This document shows, piece after piece, positions 15,636-24,849 of a stretch of DNA of 64,000 nt. Under the pieces are notes generated by a model. It saw nothing but the letters and a program-made list of their open reading frames with translations, was not told where the DNA came from and made no database searches. Origin of the DNA: a virus. Position 1 is the stretch's first letter. The number at the start of each line of letters is the position of its first letter. Location: the IMG/VR virus record IMGVR_UViG_3300023184_000086, positions 1 to 64,000 of that record, one strand, 5' to 3'. A program made the translations under genes and the position numbers.

Positions 15636-17321
15636 TTAAAGCATTATTATTGGGTGTATATTCATACTAGCGCCATTAGTATATCCTGCTGGTGGTGTGT
15701 AAGTGCATTGTATATCAAAACGGCCTTTTCCATAATCTACATACATACTCCAAATTACAAGTCCAGGGTCTACATTAAATGAATAATCATCAACTATATT
15801 ACCAGTTTGTAATGTTATTCTTAGAGTTCCCATTCTGTCAACAGATGCCGTTGGTATCTTAGTGACCGGATCATACGATGCGGCAAAAATATTATATTTT
15901 ATAATTATCTGTTGTGCATCAAATGATGTTGGTAATCTTAGTATTCTGTTGAGGGCATTGTCATTAAGTGATGCTCTAAGAACTGGAAGTTCTAATATTG
16001 TTGGTCCCTGAACTAACGGTTGGTAATAAAAATCTTCAGCTATTCCGTTATTACGTTTATAAAATCTATCAAAGTAATCATTAACAGTACGATTTCCGGT
16101 TGTTTTATAATTTATAACCGGAGCGGTAGCAACCAATTCACTTTGTCCTAAATTACCTACATTATAAAATTTATTATTTGAACTAACATGGTTTGTATCA
16201 CTAGTTCCATCACCTGCATAAATTGCTTCTAACTCTATATTCTTAAATAGATTATTATCAATTGTTGCATATTTTGGTCCAGTATCTGCTTGGGAATTTT
16301 TTGGGTTATTGAATATAATTCCGTAAAGTGAATTATAAAATCTGCTATTTTGAATAGTGGTATAATACACATCATAATTTGATTGGATACTATTTCTAAG
16401 TCCAGTAAATTCGCATTCATCAATTAATATATTACTAGCAGATACTGTGTCACCGCCGTAACATCTTATATCAATCCCCACGTATGTTGATGTAGTTTGT
16501 CCACCCTGAGCACGATTTCCTAAAAATTTAACATTTCTAATTACAGAATTATCAGCACAATCTAAACTCATAAGAGACAGTGAAGTGGAGGTATTTGTTA
16601 GACTGCTATCATACCGAATTGTTAGTCCTTCAATATAAATGTCAGTTGGTTGACTTCCGCCGGAATTTATTCCACCAAACGCTAGATTATCAAATGTTGT
16701 TCTACCTGGTTCGTTTACGTTGTCCGGGTCTGCATCAATTGTTTGAAAAACATGACTAACATTAGATATTAGATTTATAATAGTTTTATCAGGACCTTCG
16801 CCTACAATTGTGGTATGTTTAGGGATAAAAATAGTAGTATCTATGTTGTATACTCCGGCAGGTAAATGTAATACCTTGGCAGAATTTTTCCCGTAATCGC
16901 TAGTTGTTTTTAAAGGATCTAAAAATAAATTATCAATGGCAACCTGCATAAGAGCAGATACTACTTCGTCACCACCCACACCGCTAACACCAAAGTCTGT
17001 GATACTAACTATATCATCGTTCTTTTTGTTTATAGGTCTTTCAAAAGGTACGCCGCCAAATGAGGGTGCTGTAATAGCAGGAGATGTGTCTCCTCTATAG
17101 GTATATCCTAAATCGGCTGTTGTTACTACATTGAATAGATCATTCTCTGTTAATATTCTAACATTGGCATCTCTTGCCCCGCCGTCATCTCTACGTAGAC
17201 CTATATATAGATGTTCAGTGTCAGCCGCCCAACCAAATTCGCCACCTGCTAATGTTGGTACGCCTGTTTGATTTTCTTGCCCACGACGGACCTGAATTCT
17301 TGAAATTTCTACTACAGCCAT
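15636..17321 (-). CDS. Structural protein with pectate-lyase-like beta-helix
   Basis: N-terminal ISRIQVRRG...LAGGEFGWAAD virion-attachment motif; VSITDFG, LHLPAGVY, TIVGEG and PbH1-like repeats. Confidence 0.75.
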   Translation of the reverse strand: MAVVEISRIQVRRGQENQTGVPTLAGGEFGWAADTEHLYIGLRRDDGGARDANVRILTENDLFNVVTTADLGYTYRGDTSPAITAPSFGGVPFERPINKKNDDIVSITDFGVSGVGGDEVVSALMQVAIDNLFLDPLKTTSDYGKNSAKVLHLPAGVYNIDTTIFIPKHTTIVGEGPDKTIINLISNVSHVFQTIDADPDNVNEPGRTTFDNLAFGGINSGGSQPTDIYIEGLTIRYDSSLTNTSTSLSLMSLDCADNSVIRNVKFLGNRAQGGQTTSTYVGIDIRCYGGDTVSASNILIDECEFTGLRNSIQSNYDVYYTTIQNSRFYNSLYGIIFNNPKNSQADTGPKYATIDNNLFKNIELEAIYAGDGTSDTNHVSSNNKFYNVGNLGQSELVATAPVINYKTTGNRTVNDYFDRFYKRNNGIAEDFYYQPLVQGPTILELPVLRASLNDNALNRILRLPTSFDAQQIIIKYNIFAASYDPVTKIPTASVDRMGTLRITLQTGNIVDDYSFNVDPGLVIWSMYVDYGKGRFDIQCTYTPPAGYTNGASMNIHPIIML

Positions 17322-17359
17322 AATAATATCCCCTATATAGGATATTTATCATAACTGGA

Positions 17360-18061
17360 TTACTTAATTAAGGCGTAATACTCTTCAACTTTGTTTAACC
17401 AAGCATCTTGCCATTTGTTAAAGTCTTTAGGTTCTAGTGTAAATTGTTGATATTGTAAATCTCTGCTACACATGAATATAACACCCTTGCGTATGTCGGT
17501 TTTATATACTTCATTATGTGCTAGTATATAGGCCATGAGTTGTATATAGTAGTCATCAACCCATTCTAGTTTTTTAGGTTTATTAGTTTGCTTGTGGTCG
17601 CAAACTGCTGGCTCGCCTTCGTGTATACCAATTAGGTCAGTAGTACCACTATATAGTCCGGGAAAGTAAAGACTTTGTTCCATAGCCCAAACTTCACTCA
17701 TTTTACTAAGACCGTTTTCAATAATGATGTCAGCCATTTTGTTAGCCTGTACATGTACTGGATTGCTGCCGGGTTGACGTTGTTCACCAATTAAAAAACG
17801 TTCTAAATTGGCATGCATTGCTGTTCCAACTCCCGCCGCTTCAGAAGTAATTTGTTGTGCCTTATCGTGTCCAACACGATCTCTCCATGCATTAAGATGA
17901 GTTTGATCTTTAGTAGCACCTAGGATGGTAGTTACGCTAGGTAACTTTTCTCCATCGGGTGTGCGATACACTCTTTTTCGAGTTACCGGGTCGTTAATTT
18001 GAACACAGTTTTTATATTGGAAACGTTCAACGAACGCAGGAGGAGTATAGGTTGTTGTCAT
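17360..18061 (-). CDS. PD-(D/E)XK exonuclease
   Basis: PSVTTIL, GTAMH, E...YSGTTD, DHK, QLMAY motifs. Confidence 0.88.
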   Translation of the reverse strand: MTTTYTPPAFVERFQYKNCVQINDPVTRKRVYRTPDGEKLPSVTTILGATKDQTHLNAWRDRVGHDKAQQITSEAAGVGTAMHANLERFLIGEQRQPGSNPVHVQANKMADIIIENGLSKMSEVWAMEQSLYFPGLYSGTTDLIGIHEGEPAVCDHKQTNKPKKLEWVDDYYIQLMAYILAHNEVYKTDIRKGVIFMCSRDLQYQQFTLEPKDFNKWQDAWLNKVEEYYALIK

Positions 18062-18070
18062 ATAGTGTTA

Positions 18071-18099
18071 ATTATAACACTACAGATTATAAAGGTCAA
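18071..18099 (-). promoter_or_regulatory. sigma70-like promoter for exonuclease
   Basis: TTGACC-N17-TATAAT, 9 nt before ATG. Confidence 0.7.
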
Positions 18100-18443
18100 A
18101 TATCTGGCTTTAAATTCTTAGCATTTCTTGATGCCATAGCATCTACTGTTGAACTTGTTCCGCCTGCTTGTGCGGCTTTATCTTTATTTGGATTTTCTGT
18201 TTTAGTTTTAAGTAATACTGTACCGTCATCTAATATATCAGAAATAACATCACCTGCTGGATCGACTGCATTCTTAAGTGCTATCAAACCATCAGGTGTG
18301 CTTATACCCAATCCATAGGGTTTTAAAATATTCATTACTACAGGGAAAGGCAATGAAGAAGGTTGATCGGCTCTATTAGCCTGTCCTTGTAATACGGCTA
18401 AAACATCCCTAGCCGATCCTAGATCAACTTCAAATAATCTCAT
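18096..18443 (-). CDS. Probable head/core protein
   Basis: MRLFE N-terminus typical of protease-processed internal proteins of large myoviruses. Confidence 0.55.
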   Translation of the reverse strand: MRLFEVDLGSARDVLAVLQGQANRADQPSSLPFPVVMNILKPYGLGISTPDGLIALKNAVDPAGDVISDILDDGTVLLKTKTENPNKDKAAQAGGTSSTVDAMASRNAKNLKPDI

Positions 18444-19754
18444 TTACTTTGCCAATGAGGCCATGATGTCATGCGATTCTTTAAGTTTTTTAACAAACTT
18501 GTTTTCACGCATTTCACGTCCAGTTGTTCCCATACCTGCTGCTGCATCTGCTGCACCAAATTCATCCCCCCCTGGTGCTGGATTCATTGCGTCAGGGGCA
18601 CCGATATCCATTCCTGGTTCTGGAGGCATCTCTGGTTCCATACCCATTGCTGCATCCGGCGTGGCTTCTCCTGCTAATGCTGCAACTGCTCCACTCACCG
18701 CTTCACGTTGTTGAGTTAGTGTCTCAAGTGTAGCGGATAGTGCCGGACCAACTGCGGCTTTAAATGCTTCTGCTTCTTGCGCTCCAAAGTCTGCTTTAAT
18801 CGCGTCTGCTAATTCAATCATAGTTTTAGTTTGATATTGGCCAACACGTTGCATCCAACTTGTGAAATCATTAACCATATCACCTGCGCTTGTAATGGCC
18901 TTTGCCTTACCTTCTTCATCTTCCGCTAATAGATAGCCTAAACTTTCATTAACAAATTGAACATTGTGTTTAAAGGTATTGAAAGCCTCTTTAACTTTCT
19001 TTTTAGCACGTAGTTTTGCAAAATCGCTTTTCTCTAATTTGCCGTCATGATCAGCGTCAAGTTTACCCTGCTTGCCTTTTAAGCCTTCCATTGTACCCAT
19101 GCACTCTTTGCAATCGCAGCCCTTAGGATGTTTACCTGTTTCACCTAGTGGCTTCTTATCTTTTTTAGCAGGCATTGTCTTTGCTGGACGACGTGCATCT
19201 TCCGGTGGCTTCTTGTAATCAGATTGATTACCATATGAACTGCCTTTAACTGTTCTACTTGGTAGATCAGCCATCTTAACTTCTTTAATATTATCAGAGG
19301 TTGCTTTGGCAATAGCCTTCTTTTTAGGAACACCTCCTGCTGTCATACGAGCAACTTGAACATCGTCAAAGTTTTTCTTACCATCGCCGGTCTTGTCGTC
19401 GCCTGAGCCTTTGGCTTTTTTAGTATGTTTAACATCACGAACACCTTTTTTAGCCTCGCTCAATTGATCCATTTTGTCACGTAGTTTTTTAATGTCTTCG
19501 CCTAGCATTTCTTTAATCCTTGTATTAAGCAAGTCCAACATGGCCTTGTCTTTTTGATATGTTTCGTTGGTTAGCAAATCATTGATACCTGCTGAACCCT
19601 CTTGTTGGAAAACCCGGGTACGTAATTTGTTACGCATGTCTTCTAGTTGTTCTCTAGAATAATTCTCTAACTTAACTCTTACACCGAACATCTTGTTCAT
19701 GTTTTCGTTTAGTTTTTTGCTTGTTAGCGGAGATGTAAAATCAGTTGTTTTCAT
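18444..19754 (-). CDS. Probable prohead core/scaffold protein
   Basis: Charged helical protein, many L/I/V-x-E sites, EF-hand-like loops DKTGDGKKNFDD and DADHDGKLEKSD. Confidence 0.6.
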   Translation of the reverse strand: MKTTDFTSPLTSKKLNENMNKMFGVRVKLENYSREQLEDMRNKLRTRVFQQEGSAGINDLLTNETYQKDKAMLDLLNTRIKEMLGEDIKKLRDKMDQLSEAKKGVRDVKHTKKAKGSGDDKTGDGKKNFDDVQVARMTAGGVPKKKAIAKATSDNIKEVKMADLPSRTVKGSSYGNQSDYKKPPEDARRPAKTMPAKKDKKPLGETGKHPKGCDCKECMGTMEGLKGKQGKLDADHDGKLEKSDFAKLRAKKKVKEAFNTFKHNVQFVNESLGYLLAEDEEGKAKAITSAGDMVNDFTSWMQRVGQYQTKTMIELADAIKADFGAQEAEAFKAAVGPALSATLETLTQQREAVSGAVAALAGEATPDAAMGMEPEMPPEPGMDIGAPDAMNPAPGGDEFGAADAAAGMGTTGREMRENKFVKKLKESHDIMASLAK

Positions 19755-19784
19755 AATTAATCCCAGAAAGATCGATAGTATTAT

Positions 19785-20255
19785 TTAGTTAAATCGAATA
19801 AGTTTATTAAAACTTCTCATAACAGTTTTCATATATTCTTCTTTCTTTTCTTTAGAAATTCTAGATTTAACCGTCATAATATCCATGCGATCTAATGATT
19901 TTGATGCCAAGTTTTTCTCTGCTAGTTTATTATGTAGTTCCTCATCAAACAATGCGTATCCGTATTTTGTATCGGCCTCAAGCAGATCATCATTTACAAA
20001 TTTGCCCAATGCTAGCCTATTGGCTAGCACAGCCGCAGTTTGTGGAAGATTTATATTATCTATAATTATATCTTTTTCAAAATCTAATATACAATAAAAT
20101 CCGTTTTTTTTGCGTTTAATGTAATAACGTCCTACACTAATAGTGCCATCGTTATTTTTTACAGGAATTATTACTCCTTGTTGAAGCAATTTTTCTTTTG
20201 AATTTTTACTTAGTTCTTCTATTTTTGAATAGAGGTCATTTGGTCGTAGTTTCAT
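19785..20255 (-). CDS. Hypothetical protein
   Basis: 156-aa ORF in coupled run. Confidence 0.7.
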   Translation of the reverse strand: MKLRPNDLYSKIEELSKNSKEKLLQQGVIIPVKNNDGTISVGRYYIKRKKNGFYCILDFEKDIIIDNINLPQTAAVLANRLALGKFVNDDLLEADTKYGYALFDEELHNKLAEKNLASKSLDRMDIMTVKSRISKEKKEEYMKTVMRSFNKLIRFN

Positions 20256-20448
20256 CTAGTTGTTTTATTAAAGTTGTACTATCATTACTTATTGCGTAAA
20301 GTCCCTTGCGAACAAGGTTTTGAGCAAGCCATTGATCATGCTCATCTAAACTAGTAATAGATACATTATCTTTATGTCTACGGAGGAAAGATTGTTCTTC
20401 ATTGGTGAGAACAATATGCATCCCCGATAATAACTGACCTATTTTCAT
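20236..20448 (-). CDS. Hypothetical protein
   Basis: Coupled ORF, LTNEE...AQNLVRKG. Confidence 0.7.
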   Translation of the reverse strand: MKIGQLLSGMHIVLTNEEQSFLRRHKDNVSITSLDEHDQWLAQNLVRKGLYAISNDSTTLIKQLDETTTK

Positions 20449-20819
20449 ACTGTCGGTGGTTGCTGCATCTGCTGCTGCATCTGTTGTTGTTTTTGTTTTA
20501 GACCTACAATCTGTGCGGCAATCTTATCAAGGTCTGTCATTGTATCTTTCATACCTTGTTGCATTGCGGGAGGTTGTCCTATTGGTTGTCCTGCTGGCTG
20601 CTGATTGCCTAATGTTGGAGCAGGTTGTCCAGGAGCAGGTGGAGGTGTTTGTCCAGGTGGAGGTGTTTGTCCAGGTGGAGGTGTTTGTCCAGGTGGAGGT
20701 GTTTGTCCAGGTGGAGGTGTTTGTCCAGGTGGAGTTGATTTTGATAATCCATTAGGATTAACAGGATCAGTTGTTGTTCCTACTGGTGCTACTGCTTCAA
20801 CTAACTCTGATATACGCAT
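20445..20819 (-). CDS. Pro/Gln-rich probable head protein
   Basis: MRISELVE N-terminus; (PPPGQT)n repeat. Confidence 0.7.
   Translation of the reverse strand: MRISELVEAVAPVGTTTDPVNPNGLSKSTPPGQTPPPGQTPPPGQTPPPGQTPPPGQTPPPAPGQPAPTLGNQQPAGQPIGQPPAMQQGMKDTMTDLDKIAAQIVGLKQKQQQMQQQMQQPPTV
20636..20734. repeat. Perfect 18-bp tandem repeat x5.5
   Basis: Unit caggtggaggtgtttgtc. Confidence 0.95.
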
Positions 20820-20820
20820 A

Positions 20821-21141
20821 TTATTTTAAAATGCCTAGTATTGTTTCAGCATGTGCTGTAATCCAACCTAACGCTGCTAATGCTCCTGCACCAAGATAGA
20901 CCCATTTTGTTTTAAATTGCTCAAGTTCTTTAATTTTACCGGCCATATCAGTGTGTTGATCAACATTTACTTTATGCATTACGGCAAGTTGATCCATGAT
21001 ACTGTCACGAGTACGATCTAGGCAATCATGCATATCTTTGACATCTGTTTTGAGATTGTCAATCTTTTCTTCAATGTTATCTACTTTTGTTTCTAGTACG
21101 CTAACACGTTCTGGAACGGTTGCCAGTGCTGCTCGAGCCAT
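20821..21141 (-). CDS. Coiled-coil protein with C-terminal TM helix
   Basis: ERVSVLETKV...heptads, then WVYLGAGALAALGWI; AGGAGA RBS. Confidence 0.75.
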   Translation of the reverse strand: MARAALATVPERVSVLETKVDNIEEKIDNLKTDVKDMHDCLDRTRDSIMDQLAVMHKVNVDQHTDMAGKIKELEQFKTKWVYLGAGALAALGWITAHAETILGILK

Positions 21142-21184
21142 TTAAGTCATCTCCTTTAAGGTGTACGAATTTCCGACTAGTTGC

Positions 21185-21610
21185 CTAAATTGTGCCTTTG
21201 ATTGCCTTAATGACTGTATTCTTGGAAGACGCATCTATTAGTTCGAAAATGGCCTTCTCGATATTTATCGTTTCAGTTAACTTTTTAATAATTGGAACAC
21301 CCTGCATATCTTCGTACAAACATCCTAGTTCATGTAGACCATCTGAGTACACATCGGATCTGTCTGGATTAAATCTAAATGTCCATACGGCATGTTTGCC
21401 TTTGAACTTAGTTCCAAACCCTAAATCTTTAATATCAATAACTTGCATCTCCGGAGCAAAGTCATAAGATATAATTGATCTAATTTCAATACATTGTTTT
21501 AATGTAACAAAATTTCTATACTGGTCATGTTCTAATGTGGTACCTTGATTAGGTCTTGCAACCTTTGTATCAGTGATATCTATTAAAGTTTTAATTTCTA
21601 TTGTTTGCAT
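21185..21610 (-). CDS. Hypothetical protein
   Basis: Start reassigned to MQTIEIKTLIDIT, downstream of terminator and TAAATA motif. Confidence 0.7.
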   Translation of the reverse strand: MQTIEIKTLIDITDTKVARPNQGTTLEHDQYRNFVTLKQCIEIRSIISYDFAPEMQVIDIKDLGFGTKFKGKHAVWTFRFNPDRSDVYSDGLHELGCLYEDMQGVPIIKKLTETINIEKAIFELIDASSKNTVIKAIKGTI

Positions 21611-21643
21611 AATATACCTATATAATATATTTATGTCAAAGAA

Positions 21644-21667
21644 AAAGGGAGTTAAAAAACTCCCTTT
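21644..21667 (-). terminator. Intrinsic terminator
   Basis: AAAGGGAGTT/AACTCCCTTT hairpin with T-run on minus strand. Confidence 0.8.
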
Positions 21668-21686
21668 CATTTTCTAATAGTTTAGA

Positions 21687-22115
21687 TTAGAATGTTGTGC
21701 CGTTAACACCAAGTGCTGTAGTTACAGTACCAAGGTCAAAACCTTGCCATGTACCTTGAGCGCGGATTAAACGCTTAACGTAATCAATGAATGACTCGCT
21801 GTTTGTACCATCCCACTTGATTGTTCCAGCAAATGCGCCGCCTGGTGCTGAAAGAGCAATTGCAAGAATTGTGTTACCAGAACTACCTAAATTGTATTGT
21901 GGTGTACCAATTAGTTCAATTGTTGCTACTTGAGTAACTGCTTCCAATGCTACTGCGATTGGGCTGCGTGATGCACTTGGATAAGTTGTTGTATCGGTAT
22001 CTAACATTGCTGTCAAGTCGCTGCTTGGGAAAGTAATAGTAAGAAACTGTAAAGTTACGCCGTTCTTGTAAAACGGTGCTACTACCGTTTCATTCTTTTT
22101 TGTTAATGTTGCCAT
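21687..22115 (-). CDS. Probable small virion structural protein
   Basis: Own TAAATA promoter, strong RBS and terminator; A/T/G-rich composition. Confidence 0.6.
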   Translation of the reverse strand: MATLTKKNETVVAPFYKNGVTLQFLTITFPSSDLTAMLDTDTTTYPSASRSPIAVALEAVTQVATIELIGTPQYNLGSSGNTILAIALSAPGGAFAGTIKWDGTNSESFIDYVKRLIRAQGTWQGFDLGTVTTALGVNGTTF

Positions 22116-22209
22116 TTTAAATATCTCCTGATCTTGTTTTTAAGTTTCCCTATGAAACTTATTATGTTTTTATTTATCTCAATTGAAAGAAATTAAGCCA
22201 AATGCCCTA

Positions 22210-22548
22210 TTAATCGTCGTTTTTGACATCACCTTCTATGATTTTAAGATGTTTAGCGGTTTCTTTATTATCCCTTAATTTACGTATGCCACGAGTAAAT
22301 TTGTTAGGATCTGATGCTTTAATACTGTTAATAAGCCTGCGTTCTAACTCATAAGCATCTTCTGGGGAGAAATTTTCTTTAATAAGTGCTAATAGATTGA
22401 TAGCACTATCAATAACATGTGTAGCCCTTGATTCAATAATGGCTTCGCTATTCTTCTTTTCCGTTATGGAATTAAGTTCTTCTAACAGACTACGAGTTGT
22501 TCTTTTCAAGATGTTATCCTTGTTATGGTATTTAGTAGAGTATAGCAC
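22210..22548 (-). CDS. Hypothetical protein (true start probably TTG 22509)
   Basis: TRSLLEELN...ESRA..VI.SAINL...ELERRLINSIK..D..KF.RG; TAAATA motif at about 22528-22534. Confidence 0.7.
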   Translation of the reverse strand: MLYSTKYHNKDNILKRTTRSLLEELNSITEKKNSEAIIESRATHVIDSAINLLALIKENFSPEDAYELERRLINSIKASDPNKFTRGIRKLRDNKETAKHLKIIEGDVKNDD

Positions 22549-22578
22549 ATACCTTTGGAGAAATAAAGACTTGTAAAT

Positions 22579-22642
22579 TGTGCGGTCGCAGCATACAATG
22601 TATAAATACTTTACTCAGTAGAAACCATGAGAGACTACTGAG
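22579..22642 (+). promoter_or_regulatory. Island control region: TGC-N4-GCAGCA box, TATAAATA promoter, leader hairpin
   Basis: TGTGCGGTCGCAGCA (22579-22593); TATAAATA (22601-22608); CTCAGTAG/CTACTGAG stem (22614-22642). Confidence 0.5.
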
Positions 22643-22671
22643 AATATGTTATATACAAAGGAAAATAAAAT

Positions 22672-22845
22672 ATGTTAAACACAATCACTGAATACTTCCA
22701 AAAGATGTTTCAGAATTTCAGTAAGCCACAAACTTACAGTTCCGCATTAGAAGAATACATTGTTAGACACGCACCCACAGATTCTTGTGATGTAGATCGT
22801 CTAACCCGTCAATTTGATATAATACATTCACGCAGAGGATGGTAA
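22672..22845 (+). CDS. Small amphipathic protein (57 aa; loosely DUF3563-like)
   Basis: MLNTITEYFQKMFQNFSKPQTYSSALEEYIVRHAPTDSCDVDRLTRQFDIIHSRRGW, AAGGAA RBS; below track cutoff. Confidence 0.75.
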   Translation: MLNTITEYFQKMFQNFSKPQTYSSALEEYIVRHAPTDSCDVDRLTRQFDIIHSRRGW

Positions 22846-22847
22846 TC

Positions 22848-22982
22848 ATGAAAATAGTAAAAGCAATCTATAACTTTTTAGGCGAGATGGGTAAGGCCCA
22901 TGCTGCTTCAAATTTAGCACGTAGCGGAGATTATAAGGGCGCAAAACGTCTTATGATGGAAGATTTTAAGGGCTGGATTTAA
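22848..22982 (+). CDS. Small amphipathic protein (44 aa)
   Basis: MKIVKAIYNFLGEMGKAHAASNLARSGDYKGAKRLMMEDFKGWI, GAGGA RBS. Confidence 0.7.
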   Translation: MKIVKAIYNFLGEMGKAHAASNLARSGDYKGAKRLMMEDFKGWI

Positions 22983-23055
22983 TTGCTCATTAAATTTGCA
23001 ATATAAATAACAATGCAGTACAATTACTGCTAGACACATACACAAGGAAATAAAA

Positions 23056-23337
23056 ATGTTTAATAAAATGTTCGCACCATACCTAACGCTTGAAGCACAT
23101 ATCGAAGCGTTCCAAGAAACCAAGCGAGGCCTAACAGATAAGATCATTACTGATCCTACGCTGAACAAGGCAGCACACGATTATATTGATGCTCAGACTG
23201 AATTTGCTAAAATGTTAGCACATAACTTTACTGACATCGCAAAGTATTCTATGGATTCCATTGCTGGTAAATGGTTTCCTAAGAATGAAGAAGCAGTTGA
23301 GGCTAAGACTGCACGTAGCAAGACGGCTGCTGCCTAA
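23056..23337 (+). CDS. Helical protein, phasin-like
   Basis: All-alpha amphipathic, YIDAQTEFAK core, K/A-rich tail; TATAAATA promoter and AAGGAA RBS. Confidence 0.6.
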   Translation: MFNKMFAPYLTLEAHIEAFQETKRGLTDKIITDPTLNKAAHDYIDAQTEFAKMLAHNFTDIAKYSMDSIAGKWFPKNEEAVEAKTARSKTAAA

Positions 23338-23362
23338 GACATACACACACAAGGAGAAAATT

Positions 23363-23638
23363 ATGTCAAACACAATTAAAGCACCTGAAGTAAAATTCAA
23401 CAAGAACGGTTATGAAATCCGTACAGACATTCTAGACATGGCTAAAGGACTAGTTAGTGAACAATATCACTCTAAGTTCCGCGGCTGGGAAATGTCAGTT
23501 CAGAAAGATCCAAAGACTGGCCAAGTGGTTACTACTGTAGCAATGCCAGAATTTCCAGGACTTGAAAAAGTTTTAGAAACAGCAGAAAAAATGTATTCAT
23601 TTGTTAATGCTGGTAGTACTACCACATCTAAAAAATAA
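23363..23638 (+). CDS. Hypothetical protein
   Basis: Start reassigned to MSNTIKAP (AAGGAG RBS); KNGYEIR.DIL.MAK...P....VLE.A.K.Y.FV pattern. Confidence 0.8.
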   Translation: MSNTIKAPEVKFNKNGYEIRTDILDMAKGLVSEQYHSKFRGWEMSVQKDPKTGQVVTTVAMPEFPGLEKVLETAEKMYSFVNAGSTTTSKK

Positions 23639-23668
23639 TATAATAAAAATATATAGGACGTAGTCCAG

Positions 23669-23697
23669 AAGCCCCGGCATTAGATCGGGGCTTTTTT
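23669..23697 (+). terminator. Intrinsic terminator closing the plus-strand island
   Basis: AAGCCCCG...CGGGGCTTTTTT. Confidence 0.85.
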
Positions 23698-23698
23698 A

Positions 23699-24430
23699 TT
23701 ACCAAGTCATTTGTTTATGATATTTCCATTTAACTATCTTCCACCCAAAGAAGTCAGATAATGCACCAGTACCGTCAATTTTAAGAGTGTTCATTAAATT
23801 AACATAATATTCTCTGTAAGATATTTTACAAAGATATAATTTATTATGTCCCATAGCAAATGGTACAAGTGTGGGATTCATACTGTTAAATTTTACCCAA
23901 CCCTCGAGCACTCCTGTCCACCAGTGGTTCATTATATCATCTAATATAACTACACCCTCATTACTAATAATAGTATTAGCAAGTGCTAGATCATTCATTA
24001 CATGGATAGGCGTATGCCCACCATCTATTGAAAAGAATTTAATTGAGCCCGGCTGAATCATTTTAGTTAATTGTAAACTAGAATCGGTGCTATCACCCTG
24101 TATGATAAGTGTATTGCGTCCTTGGTGTCTATCAAGAGTTTCTAAATTTTTTCTAAAAGAAACAAGTTGTCCTGCACCTGATTTATCTACGTTAAGATGT
24201 TGATCATTGAATATATCAATAGCATATGATTTAAAATTTTCATCTACAGTTTGATTTAACAGTAAAAATAATTTGCCATCTTGTATACCAATTTCAGCAA
24301 CCCCACCTCTTTGATTTATGGGTTGTGTGGATAATATATCAAGTGTGTTAAAAATATCATCATAACACCATCCGTGTACTGTTTCAAAATGAGGGTAATA
24401 TTGTTCTATGTAGGGATTGATAAATGCCAT
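23699..24430 (-). CDS. Class I SAM-dependent methyltransferase (Methyltransf_24-like)
   Basis: VAEIGIQDG, AIDIF, GDS, FSIDGGH, ILDD. Confidence 0.85.
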   Translation of the reverse strand: MAFINPYIEQYYPHFETVHGWCYDDIFNTLDILSTQPINQRGGVAEIGIQDGKLFLLLNQTVDENFKSYAIDIFNDQHLNVDKSGAGQLVSFRKNLETLDRHQGRNTLIIQGDSTDSSLQLTKMIQPGSIKFFSIDGGHTPIHVMNDLALANTIISNEGVVILDDIMNHWWTGVLEGWVKFNSMNPTLVPFAMGHNKLYLCKISYREYYVNLMNTLKIDGTGALSDFFGWKIVKWKYHKQMTW

Positions 24431-24433
24431 TTT

Positions 24434-24838
24434 TTAAATTGGGTTACTTCGAAGAAATTCAGGATGCCGTTTATTGAAGTGACGCATAATAACGCCAGCA
24501 ATTTCGTGTGCTTGATTTTCTTCTGGAGATCCTGTTTCACCACTATTGTCATTTAATTCATTACGTATATCTTGTCTAAAATGTACGAGTTCGTGAGCAA
24601 CAGTTCTAAGTATATCTACAGGATGACGATTAAGTATAGCAACATGTAAAGTTTTTTCATCATTAACATACATACCAAAACTAGGCTGGCCGCCCGAATC
24701 TATTTCTGATTCAAAGTTCATTTTAGGTAATCTGTTAATTTCTAATATCTGCATAGCCAAGGGAAGAAACTTCTTGAACATATCAACGAATGTTGCTTTG
24801 GATTCTCTACCTTCAACTAATAACTCAACAATTTGCAT
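24434..24838 (-). CDS. Zincin-like metallopeptidase domain protein
   Basis: RTVAHELVH (HExxH) and E-x-x-A downstream. Confidence 0.75.
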   Translation of the reverse strand: MQIVELLVEGRESKATFVDMFKKFLPLAMQILEINRLPKMNFESEIDSGGQPSFGMYVNDEKTLHVAILNRHPVDILRTVAHELVHFRQDIRNELNDNSGETGSPEENQAHEIAGVIMRHFNKRHPEFLRSNPI

Positions 24839-24849
24839 ACTGTATTTAG

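Noticed and set aside
17360-18061. Cas4 of a CRISPR system
   Set aside because: No four-Cys Fe-S motif, no cas neighbours; fits an ordinary phage PD-(D/E)XK exonuclease
20636-20734. CRISPR-like array
   Set aside because: Head-to-tail 18-bp units with no spacers, in frame within a gene; no array seen elsewhere
22614-22642. Hammerhead ribozyme (GAAAC and TGAG-like words)
   Set aside because: CUGANGA core and three-stem arrangement are not present
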